Shown piece after piece: positions 29,918 through 38,221 of a stretch of 64,000 nt of DNA (position 1 is its first letter; each line of letters starts with the position of its first letter). The position numbers were made by a program, and so were the translations under genes. This DNA is from Desulfosoma sp. (GTDB taxonomy: Bacteria; Desulfobacterota; Syntrophobacteria; Syntrophobacterales; DSM-9756): assembly GCA_037481835.1 (NCBI GenBank), contig JBBFKW010000011.1, forward strand, positions 64,001 through 128,000. The letters are read 5' to 3'. The notes below the pieces were generated by a model. The model was not told the DNA's origin, ran no database searches, and worked only from the letters and a program-made list of their open reading frames with translations.

Positions 29918-30904
29918 TCAGCGGGGAGCCGCGGCCGGGTCCGTCGATCCGGCAGGGGGAAACAAGGATGGGTAGAGGCGCCGTGCCAGGTCTTCCACGG
30001 CCTCTACGGCTCGAGGCCCCGGTCGGGAATACAGGGCTTCGTCCACCATGAAAACGCGGCCGGAACGCACCGCGCGCAGCCGGTCGAAATGGGGGCGTTC
30101 CTGGGGAAGCACGGGACTGGGGTTCATGGGCCCCTTTTGAACGATGTATCCATCAGGGTCCAGGGCCAGGACGTTTTCCACGGACGTCTGAACGATGGGC
30201 TCCGGGAGCGATACGGCGTTTACGGCGCCCACGGCTTCCATGACGGCGTTGGGCATGCCGCCGCGGCCCGCCACGGCCAGGGGGTCGGCCTGGATTTCAA
30301 AAACCAGCCGAGGCCTTTCTGAAACCTGGGCGCACCGGCTGCGCACGGCATCGAGGCGCTGGCGCAGTCCGGCGATGGCGCGCCGGGCGTTTTCCGCGTT
30401 TCCTGTGAGGATCCCCAACCGCTCCATGGCCGAAAAAACGCCCTCAAAATCCTTGGGGGCGAAGACGGCCACGGGAATGCCCGCTTCCGCCATGCGGGCC
30501 GATTCCGGATCGGCGCTTCTGCGGCTGGCGCTTTGAACGACGAGGTCGGGTTTAAGCCCGATGATCATTTCCACGTTGGGCCGCATGTGCGTGCCGACGG
30601 ACGGGAGGCGGCTGATTTCCGGAGGATAGGCGTCCGCCTGGGTGCGCCCCACCACGGCGGATCCGGCTCCGATGGCGTAAAGCATCTCCGCAAAAGCCCC
30701 GTAGAGGGGGATGACGCGCCGGGCCGGCGCCTCGAGCCGCACCGTTCGGCCGGTATCGTCCACCACGTCCACGGCCGCCTGGGCCGTTCCCAAGAGCATC
30801 CACAGGATCAGGCAAACCGCCCACAGGCCCAACCACCCTTCGTGCCGTGACGGACTTATCACCGAAATCCTCCTCTTATCTATTGCGGCGGGCGTGCCCG
30901 CCAT
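29918..30904 (-). CDS. ABC transporter substrate-binding protein (BtuF/iron-chelate family)
   Basis: VDDTGRTVRLEAPARRVI, PNVEMIIGLKPDLV, AVRSGRVF and RPGPR. Start uncertain. Confidence 0.85.
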   Translation of the reverse strand: MAGTPAAIDKRRISVISPSRHEGWLGLWAVCLILWMLLGTAQAAVDVVDDTGRTVRLEAPARRVIPLYGAFAEMLYAIGAGSAVVGRTQADAYPPEISRLPSVGTHMRPNVEMIIGLKPDLVVQSASRRSADPESARMAEAGIPVAVFAPKDFEGVFSAMERLGILTGNAENARRAIAGLRQRLDAVRSRCAQVSERPRLVFEIQADPLAVAGRGGMPNAVMEAVGAVNAVSLPEPIVQTSVENVLALDPDGYIVQKGPMNPSPVLPQERPHFDRLRAVRSGRVFMVDEALYSRPGPRAVEAVEDLARRLYPSLFPPAGSTDPAAAPR

Positions 30905-30935
30905 CGTGGTATCCAGGCCGGAGCACCCAGCCTCC

Positions 30936-31739
30936 CTACGGCTCGCCGACGATGGTTTTCTCATTGCGGGGGGCGAAAAACACCTGCTGCACCCCGTCTC
31001 GGCCGGGCACGGGGTAGACGGACGCCGGGGTTTCGTAAACGGTTTCCAAAATGTCGGCCTTGAGCACCTCCTTTGTCGGGCCGTCGGCGACAATGCGGCC
31101 GCCTTTGAGGAAAACGAGACGCCGGCAGAAGACGGCGGCGGTGTTGATGTCGTGGAGCACGGCGACGATGGTTCGCCCTTCTTTTTCCTGCAGGGTTTTC
31201 AGCAGGGAGAAGATCTGGAGCTTTCGATGGACGTCCATGGCGGATACGGCCTCGTCCAAAAGCAGCACCGGAGTGTCCTGAGCCAGGGCCTTGGCGACGA
31301 AAACCCTTTGCCGCTCCCCGCCGCTCACGCCGGTGATGGGCCGCTCGGCCAGATCCAGCGTCTCGGTCCGTTCCATGGCCTGCCGCACGGCCTCCTCGTC
31401 CTCGGGCGTTTCATGCCCGCCCCGCTTCTGGTGAGGGTATCGTCCCATGGCCACCACGTCCCAACAGGAAAAAGGGTAAGGGACATGGACGTCTTGAGGG
31501 ACGACCGCGATGTGTCGGGCCCTTTCCCGGTGGGGGACCGTGACCAGGGGACGGCCGTTTAGGCGGATGCGCCCCGCCGTTACCGGCAAAACGCCGCTCA
31601 GAGCGAGGATGAGCGTGGTCTTGCCGGATCCGTTTGGGCCCAAGACGCCGACAAACTCCCCCGCCCCGATGGACAGGTGGACGTCGTGGAGGACCTTTCG
31701 GTCCGGATACCCGCAATGGACATGCTCGAGTTCAATCAC
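30936..31739 (-). CDS. ABC transporter ATP-binding protein (BtuD/FepC family)
   Basis: Walker A GPNGSGKT, SGGERQR, LLLDE and VLHDIN. The GTG start overlaps the permease stop. Confidence 0.92.
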   Translation of the reverse strand: MIELEHVHCGYPDRKVLHDVHLSIGAGEFVGVLGPNGSGKTTLILALSGVLPVTAGRIRLNGRPLVTVPHRERARHIAVVPQDVHVPYPFSCWDVVAMGRYPHQKRGGHETPEDEEAVRQAMERTETLDLAERPITGVSGGERQRVFVAKALAQDTPVLLLDEAVSAMDVHRKLQIFSLLKTLQEKEGRTIVAVLHDINTAAVFCRRLVFLKGGRIVADGPTKEVLKADILETVYETPASVYPVPGRDGVQQVFFAPRNEKTIVGEP

Positions 31740-32890
31740 AGCGCCACGGCCTTTTTCTTCCGGATCAAAAGATAGGCGAAAAAAGGCGCTCCCAAAATGG
31801 CCGTCACCACCCCGAGAGGGATTTCGCGGCCGTCGGCAAGGATCGTTCGAGCCAGCGTATCGGAGACCAGGGTGAGCAGGGCGCCGAGGATCATGGCGGC
31901 GGGAAGCAGCTGTTTGTGTGCCGGGCCGAGGCACAAACGGGCCACATGAGGGACCACCAGTCCGATGAATCCCACAACCCCGCTCACGGCCACGGCGGCC
32001 GCCGCAACCAGGGACGCCGCGGCAAGGAGACGGCGCCGCACCCGATCCGTCGGAACGCCGCTTTGAAACGCCGCGGTGTCTCCCAACGCCAGCAGATCCA
32101 TTTCCCGGGCGTAAGCGAAAATCACCCACGATCCGCCGAGCATGTAGGGCAGAATGGCCATTACGTGCTGCCAGCTTCGTCCCGAGAGGCTTCCCATGAT
32201 CCAAAAGACGATGGCCGAAAGGGATTCCTCGTGGAGGCTCTTCAGGAGACTGATCCACGCTGAAAGAAAGGTGGAAATGATAATGCCGCCCAGGACCAGC
32301 GTGGTGGGATGGATCCTGCCCTGGAGCCGACCCAGGAGCAGCACCAGGCCGAGCGCCCCCATGGCGCCCACGAAAGCGATCACGGGCAGCATCCCCATCC
32401 CAGCCAGTTTCCACGAAGTCCATCCGAAAAGAATCGCCGTGGACGCCCCAAAAGCCGCTCCGGTGGACACCCCCAGCGTAAAGGGGTCCGCCAGGGGATT
32501 GAGCAGGATGCCCTGGTAGACCGTGCCGGAAAGAGCCAGGGCGGCTCCCACGACCAAGGCCAACACCACGCGGGCGAACCGGAGATGGACGACGATGTAG
32601 TGGGCCGTCGCCGCGTGCGTGTCGGGGACACCCGCCTCTAGGGGATGAAAGGCCGAGAGGAGCACCCGCCATAAGGTGTCGGGTTCCACGGGAAAGGGGC
32701 CCAGGGTGATGCAGTAGAGCGAAACCGCCGGGAGAAGAAGGAGCGCTGAAGCCCAGAAAAGGCGCGCTTTCATCCGCCGGGCGCGCCGCAACGGTCTTAA
32801 GGCTTCGGCTTTGTGCGGCCCCGGCGATGAGGGGAGGCTCGAGGCCTGCTGGGTTTTTTGAAAGTCCCGAAGGGTTTCCACATCGTTCAC
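31736..32890 (-). CDS. ABC transporter permease (BtuC/FecCD family)
   Basis: NPLADPFTLGVSTGA, FWIMGSL, IGLVVPHVAR and EIPLGVVTA. Start is either 32890 (GTGA overlap with cbiL) or 32773. Confidence 0.9.
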   Translation of the reverse strand: MNDVETLRDFQKTQQASSLPSSPGPHKAEALRPLRRARRMKARLFWASALLLLPAVSLYCITLGPFPVEPDTLWRVLLSAFHPLEAGVPDTHAATAHYIVVHLRFARVVLALVVGAALALSGTVYQGILLNPLADPFTLGVSTGAAFGASTAILFGWTSWKLAGMGMLPVIAFVGAMGALGLVLLLGRLQGRIHPTTLVLGGIIISTFLSAWISLLKSLHEESLSAIVFWIMGSLSGRSWQHVMAILPYMLGGSWVIFAYAREMDLLALGDTAAFQSGVPTDRVRRRLLAAASLVAAAAVAVSGVVGFIGLVVPHVARLCLGPAHKQLLPAAMILGALLTLVSDTLARTILADGREIPLGVVTAILGAPFFAYLLIRKKKAVAL

Positions 32891-33603
32891 GTCGGGGCGC
32901 CGGTTTTCTTCACGATGAGAAGGGAAAGGTAGTGGGGTTTGAGGCTTTGCAGAGCCGCGAAGTCTTTTTCCACAATCTGACCGTCCAAGCCGCAGCGACT
33001 CACAAAGCAAACGCGATCCTGGAGTCCCAGGTCCTGAATCTTTTGCAAAATCTGGGGAAACTGCTTGTAGGCTTTCATGAGCACCACATTGTCCGAAAAA
33101 GGCAGCACCTCCGGCAGCCGTTCCCCGCCCTTGGCCCCGGAAATGACCGTCAGGGTTTCTTCGGCTTCCGAAAGCGGAACCCCCGCGCAGGCGGCCGCCG
33201 CCTGGTAGGACGTGATGCCAGGTACAATTTCCACGGGCACCTGAGGCAAGCGGTTTCGAATTTTTCGAAGAAGGTAAATAAAAGTGCTGAAGGTCATGGG
33301 GTCGCCGAGGGTAAGGAACGCCGTGTGGACGCCGGCTTTCAGGCGTTCCACGACGGTTTCACAGTTGGCCCGCCACGCCGCTTCCAGGCGGTCCTTGTTG
33401 AAGGTCATGGGGAAATCCAGAAAGCTTACGGGGACTTCATGAGGGAGATGGGCTCGGACGATATCCAACGCGAGGCTGTAGTCGTTGGAAGACGACGAGG
33501 CGGCGAAGACATGGCCGACGCGGCCGAGGATCTTCACCGCCTTGAGGGTGAGCAGGTCCGGGTCTCCCGGGCCCACACCGATGCCGTAGAGTGTTCCAAG
33601 CAT
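32887..33603 (-). CDS. cbiL: Precorrin-2/cobalt-factor II C20-methyltransferase
   Basis: GTLYGIGVGPGDPDLLTLKA, FPMT, LTLGDPMTFST, VPGITS and YLSLLIV. Confidence 0.92.
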   Translation of the reverse strand: MLGTLYGIGVGPGDPDLLTLKAVKILGRVGHVFAASSSSNDYSLALDIVRAHLPHEVPVSFLDFPMTFNKDRLEAAWRANCETVVERLKAGVHTAFLTLGDPMTFSTFIYLLRKIRNRLPQVPVEIVPGITSYQAAAACAGVPLSEAEETLTVISGAKGGERLPEVLPFSDNVVLMKAYKQFPQILQKIQDLGLQDRVCFVSRCGLDGQIVEKDFAALQSLKPHYLSLLIVKKTGAPT

Positions 33604-33608
33604 GGAAC

Positions 33609-34295
33609 CTATCCTTTCGTTTCCGGCGGGGCGGCCGCTCGAGCGAGTTCCATCAGGGCATGGAGAATGGCCACGGCCACCGGGCTTCCGCCCTTTCGGC
33701 CCAGCACGGTGATGGACGGCACGTCCTGACGGCGCCACAGGATTTCTTTGGCCGTATCCGCCTGCACAAACCCGACGGGAACGCCGATGAGCAGAGCCGG
33801 CCGGATGCCCTCTTCGTCGATGAGCCGCAGGATTTCCAAGAGGGCGGTGGGGGCGTTGCCGATGGCGACAAGGGCTCCGTGCAGCTCGGGCGCGACGCGG
33901 CGAAAACCCGCGACGGTAAGGGTCACGCCGTCCCTTTCGGCCGCCTCCCGGGATGCCGGATCCGATGCGGGAACCTGCACGGCCGTGCCGAACCAACGGA
34001 GCCGAGTTGGGGAAAGGCCCACCTGCACCATGCGCGTGTCCGTGTAGAGGGCGGCACGGCGATGCAGAGCGGCGCAGCCGGCCTCAAGAGCCCGTTCGTG
34101 GATCCGGATGCGCTCGGCGAATTCAAAGTCGCCCGTGGTGTGGATCACCCGGCGCACGACGGTCCACTGTTCGGGCGAAAAGTCGTGCGGCCCCATTTCG
34201 GCGTCAATGATTCGAAAGCTGGCCTCTTCAATGTCCTTGCCCGCCGAAACCAGGGGTGTGTCCCGGCCGGGCGGCGCTTTTGAAGGCGGAATCAT
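33609..34295 (-). CDS. cbiC: Precorrin-8X methylmutase
   Basis: IEEASFRII, RRVIHTTGDF, IGNAPTAL, GVPVGFV and GRKGGS. Confidence 0.93.
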   Translation of the reverse strand: MIPPSKAPPGRDTPLVSAGKDIEEASFRIIDAEMGPHDFSPEQWTVVRRVIHTTGDFEFAERIRIHERALEAGCAALHRRAALYTDTRMVQVGLSPTRLRWFGTAVQVPASDPASREAAERDGVTLTVAGFRRVAPELHGALVAIGNAPTALLEILRLIDEEGIRPALLIGVPVGFVQADTAKEILWRRQDVPSITVLGRKGGSPVAVAILHALMELARAAAPPETKG

Positions 34296-34450
34296 GTGGT
34301 GCCCGTCTCCTTGAAATAAAAAATCCTTGAAACGTTTCCGTTCCAAGGATTGCACCCGGTTTCCTTCATCCCCGTTGTCGCGAAAGAACCCTTGCCGCGG
34401 GGTCCTGTCGCGGGGAAGATCCCTTTGCCATCGGGATCTCTTCCCTTGAA

Positions 34451-34617
34451 GAAGTCAGGCAGGTCTTCTGGCTCACGGATCGTCCTACCGGCCGCCCTTC
34501 CCATCCCACGCCCGTGGAACAGTGGGTCTGTCGGCTTTCGTCCCCGTTCACAGCGGCGGGACCGCGACGGAATCGCACCGTCTTCCCTCTTCAACCCGCA
34601 TGCGGGTACCTGACTTC
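34451..34617 (-). ncRNA. Cobalamin (B12) riboswitch
   Basis: Minus strand reads AAGAGGGAA-GACGGTGCGATTCCGTC-GCGGTCCCGCCGCTGT...CCACTG...GGGAAG...GAGCCAGAAGACCTGCC (B12 box). It is closed by the GAAGTCAGG/CCTGACTTC stem and lies upstream of cbiC. Confidence 0.95.
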
Positions 34618-34759
34618 CTTCGGCTTGTCAGAGAACAGAAAACTGTCTTCTTCTAGACCAAAGCGCCGATGCCGTCAACACCCCAAGCCGGCCCACAGCG
34701 GGAAAAAACCCAAGGGTCCGGGGGGGCGTGGAAGGGGGGGCAATCCCTCGGGCCTTTGT

Positions 34760-34837
34760 GTTGGGGTTCGCTTCGCTCACCCCAACCTACATCCTGGAAC
34801 AAACCCGTAGGTTGGGGTGAGCGAAGCGAACCCCAAC
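34760..34837. repeat. Inverted pair of REP-like palindromes (34760-34790 reverse, 34807-34837 forward)
   Basis: Two 31-nt copies that are exact reverse complements of each other, separated by 16 nt. Confidence 0.88.
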
Positions 34838-34873
34838 TTCCATTTTTCTCATGGAAACCAACGAACCCTATCG

Positions 34874-34960
34874 CCCCAATCCCCTCTGCCCCAATGCCCC
34901 AAATCCCCAATCACGTAATGACCTAATGACCTAATGACCCAATGACCCAATAACCCCATA
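34874..34960. repeat. Degenerate ~8-nt short tandem repeat (AATGACCY / CCCCAAT)
   Basis: AATGACCT AATGACCT AATGACCC AATGACCC AATAACCC, preceded by CCCCAAT variants. Confidence 0.8.
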
Positions 34961-34961
34961 C

Positions 34962-36698
34962 CTATTCATCTTCTTCCAATCGGATCATGCCCGATTTCTT
35001 GATGGCCGCCACACCCCCCTGCACGTTCACGGCGTTTTGGATGCCCGCCGCACGCAGCTGCAACAAGGCTTCGTAGGATCGCACGCCCGAATTGCACACG
35101 ACAAACAGCCGCTTGTCCTTGGGAACGGCGTCGAGCCGCTGGGCCAGGGTTTCCTGGGGGATGTTGATCCAACGGTCGCCGAAGGCCTTGACGAAGGGTT
35201 CCGCGTTGCGCGGACCTCGCACGTCCAGGCACACCACGTCGGGGGCGGCGTCCTGGAGGAAGCAGGTTTCGAAATCGTCCGGGTCCGCGGTCACGTTGAG
35301 GCCGTCCAGGATATTTTCGGCGGTGTTGCCCAGAGCGTTGACGATGTCCATAGCTGCGGCGAAAGGCGGCGTGTAGGCCACTTCCAGGTTGGAAAGGTCG
35401 TCCACGGTGCCGCGGCGGGCCAAGAGGGCCGCGACGGCGTTGATGCGCCCCACGAGGGCGTCGCCGTTTCGGCTCACGCCCTGAATGCCGAGGAGCCGGC
35501 GCGTCTTTCGGTCCACCACGAGGGCCAGGGCCATGAGGTCTTGGGTGGGGTAGAAATGGGCGCGGTCAGCTTGGATCACCAGGGCCTGCACGGCATCGAA
35601 GCCTTCCGATACGGCCGTTTTGTGCGTGATGCCCGCCGTAGCCACGGCCATCTCAAAAATCTTCACGGCGAAAGATCCCACGGCCCCTTCGAACGTGGCG
35701 CACCCGCCTGCGATGTTGGTCCCGATGATGCGCCCTTGACGGTTGGCGAGAGATCCTTGCGGGAAATGGAAAGGCTTTCCCGTGATCCGATGAATCACCT
35801 CGATACAGTCGCCTCCAGCGTAAATGCAGGGATCCGACGTCTGCAGCCGCTGATTGACGACAACGGCGCCGCGAGGGGATACGAGCAGGCCGGCTTGGGC
35901 CGCCAAAAACCCGTTGGGGCGGACGCCCACGGCCGTGATCACCAAGTCCGCCGGAAGGTCTCTTTGGTTCGTGCGCACCGTGAGCGATTCGCCGTCGTCG
36001 GCGGGGATCACTTCTCGAACCGTCTCCCCCGTGTACACGGCCACCCCGCGTTCGTCCAAATGGGCCGCCACCATGCGGGCGAGGGTCGGATCGAGCACGC
36101 CGGGAAGGACCTGGGGCGCGATTTCCACCAGGGACGTCTCCACACCCCACAGATCGGTCAAGGCTTCGGCCATTTCGCAGCCGATGGCCCCGGCCCCGAC
36201 AATGACCGCGCGACCCACCGCCCCCTTGGACAGCATGTCCTTGATGGCCGAGGCGTCGTGGAGGTTGGAAACGCTCATGACCCGCGGGTGGTCCAACCCG
36301 GGGATGGGCAGTTTGTTGGGAAGGCTCCCCGTGGCCAGCACGAGGAAGTCGTAGGGGAGCTCCCGGTCCTCGTGAGTTTCCAAGCAGTGCACATGAAGGA
36401 TTTTCCGCTCCCGGTCGATGGCTTCCGCCCGGGTTCGCGTCATCACGTGCACCCCCTTGGCTTTTTCGAAAAACTCGGGAGTGCGCAGCATGTGGAAACT
36501 CGTGCTCATGAGCGCCGACAGATCGCTCACATCCCCCGAGATGTAATAGGGAATGCCGCAGCCGCCGTAGGAAATGTATTGGTCCTGATCCACCATGACG
36601 ACGTCGTAATCGGGACGGAGCCTCTTGATGCGGCAGGCCGCCTTGGGCCCCAGAGCCACCGCTCCCACGATGACCACACGCTGTGTCGCCATTGCCAT
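34962..36698 (-). CDS. FAD-dependent pyridine nucleotide-disulfide oxidoreductase with rhodanese domain (CoA-disulfide/persulfide reductase-like)
   Basis: Single active Cys in ISYGGCGIPYY, GAGAIGCE, IYAGGD, LEVAYTPPF, and C-terminal rhodanese LDVR...VCNSGVRS. Confidence 0.9.
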   Translation of the reverse strand: MAMATQRVVIVGAVALGPKAACRIKRLRPDYDVVMVDQDQYISYGGCGIPYYISGDVSDLSALMSTSFHMLRTPEFFEKAKGVHVMTRTRAEAIDRERKILHVHCLETHEDRELPYDFLVLATGSLPNKLPIPGLDHPRVMSVSNLHDASAIKDMLSKGAVGRAVIVGAGAIGCEMAEALTDLWGVETSLVEIAPQVLPGVLDPTLARMVAAHLDERGVAVYTGETVREVIPADDGESLTVRTNQRDLPADLVITAVGVRPNGFLAAQAGLLVSPRGAVVVNQRLQTSDPCIYAGGDCIEVIHRITGKPFHFPQGSLANRQGRIIGTNIAGGCATFEGAVGSFAVKIFEMAVATAGITHKTAVSEGFDAVQALVIQADRAHFYPTQDLMALALVVDRKTRRLLGIQGVSRNGDALVGRINAVAALLARRGTVDDLSNLEVAYTPPFAAAMDIVNALGNTAENILDGLNVTADPDDFETCFLQDAAPDVVCLDVRGPRNAEPFVKAFGDRWINIPQETLAQRLDAVPKDKRLFVVCNSGVRSYEALLQLRAAGIQNAVNVQGGVAAIKKSGMIRLEEDE

Positions 36699-36783
36699 CC
36701 CTCTCATGCCGTTACCGGTTTCTGAAGCCGCGGGCGTCCCCCCAGGTCACAGCGCAGTTTGGGGTGCCCCAGCGGATCGGCAT

Positions 36784-37050
36784 TCATTGGTTGCCAAAGC
36801 CGCGAATTTCCCCGCAGTCCGGACAGGTCCAGGTGATGCCGTTACAGGTCATACCCCAGAAATTTTCTTCCATGCAGTCGGAACACATCATGAACCCGCA
36901 GGGACACGTCCAGCAAAAGGGCTGTTCCGCGCCGCACACAGAGCACACGTACCGATGCGGCCGCCGCGCGCGGCGTCTCGGCGCCACGGCCGTTCCATTA
37001 TCAACCGAGGACGCCTTCTCGTCCCCTTGCGGATATAGCTCTGATGCCAT
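36784..37050 (-). CDS. Small Cys-rich putative metal-binding protein
   Basis: CSVC, CWTCPC, CSDC, C and CPDC motifs. GGAGGAG RBS upstream. Confidence 0.72.
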   Translation of the reverse strand: MASELYPQGDEKASSVDNGTAVAPRRRARRPHRYVCSVCGAEQPFCWTCPCGFMMCSDCMEENFWGMTCNGITWTCPDCGEIRGFGNQ

Positions 37051-37383
37051 GGACGCTCGTCTCTCCTCCCAGCCCCCTATAGCACCTCCGAGTCCCGTTA
37101 GACAAGGCGGCCGCCGGCACAGGGGGGCGCCTTGTCTGAGGAGCCTCCGTTGTCGGCGCGAGGCCTTCCCCCGGCTTTAAAGGGCATCGGGGATCCAAGA
37201 TTTGCGGGAGGCCCATGCGGCACAGAAACGACGATGAACGGCGATTTGCTGTGCCCTGTTGAAGGGGCGGCCTCGCCTGCGACCGTGGACCGTTTTGGCC
37301 ATCCGCGTAAGCGGGGCTGACAGGGTGACGAAAATTCCACCTCAGCCCAGGGGCGCCGTCGAATCGTTTTTGATATCGACCCC

Positions 37384-38097
37384 TCATGGGATGCGGCTTT
37401 TGCGTCCCACCGCCAAATCGTGCACGGGAATGAGGATGTCGGCCATGGCGCGGACTTTTTGGATGCTGTCGTAGGCGGCCAGGGCGTCGGTATGGACGCC
37501 GGGCGTTACGGCGGGCCCGGTGGCGGGAAAATTCTTGTCGTTGCAGCAAAACCCCGTGATCACCGCGCGCCCTGCCTCCGTATTGACGATGACGGACTGC
37601 CCACCGGGGGTGTGGCCCGGCGTCCACACCAGTTCGATGCCGTCTCGAAAGACCACGTCCCCGCGGACCGTCTCGATCTTCACACCGTCCAGGATCCCCG
37701 GAACATAGCGGTGATCCAAAGGATGAGGGTTTTGATAGAAGGCGTATTCCTCTTCCTGCACCACCACCACGGCGTTGGGGCACTTGGCGTCGTTTTCGCA
37801 ATGGTCGTTATGGAGATGGGTGTGGATGATCACATCCACATCCTCGGGTTTCAACCCGACGGAAGCCAGAGCGTCTTCGAATTCCAAAATCTTCAAACCG
37901 TAGTGCTCGGCCACATGATCGGGCACCATGAACTCTTCCAGCCCTGAGTCCACCAAGATGACTTCGTCGCCGCCCTCGATGACGAAAACGTAGATGGGAA
38001 TCCAAATCCTTTTGCCGTAGTCCTTGAGGTACGTCATGATGCCCTGGTCCGTTTCGTTGGCGCCCACCACCAAGGGGCGAATGGTATACCGTCGCAT
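37384..38097 (-). CDS. Metallo-beta-lactamase-fold hydrolase, N-acyl homoserine lactonase family
   Basis: ILVDSG, THLHNDH, TPGHTPGGQS and IPVHD. Confidence 0.85.
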   Translation of the reverse strand: MRRYTIRPLVVGANETDQGIMTYLKDYGKRIWIPIYVFVIEGGDEVILVDSGLEEFMVPDHVAEHYGLKILEFEDALASVGLKPEDVDVIIHTHLHNDHCENDAKCPNAVVVVQEEEYAFYQNPHPLDHRYVPGILDGVKIETVRGDVVFRDGIELVWTPGHTPGGQSVIVNTEAGRAVITGFCCNDKNFPATGPAVTPGVHTDALAAYDSIQKVRAMADILIPVHDLAVGRKSRIP

Positions 38098-38221
38098 GCC
38101 CGTTTCTCCTTTTCGATTCCGCATGTCAACCGCATCAGCCTCCCGCACGGCTCGATCACCTGCCCCAAGGAAAGACATGGGATCGGAGAAATGTCAAGAA
38201 AGGTCGATGGATGAGGCGGCG

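Noticed and set aside
31740..32672. Long N-terminal extension of the ABC ATPase ORF (apparent fusion)
   Set aside because: It is an off-frame read of the permease. The ATPase begins at GTG 31739.
35037..36725. 562-aa plus-strand ORF
   Set aside because: It is antisense to the FAD oxidoreductase.
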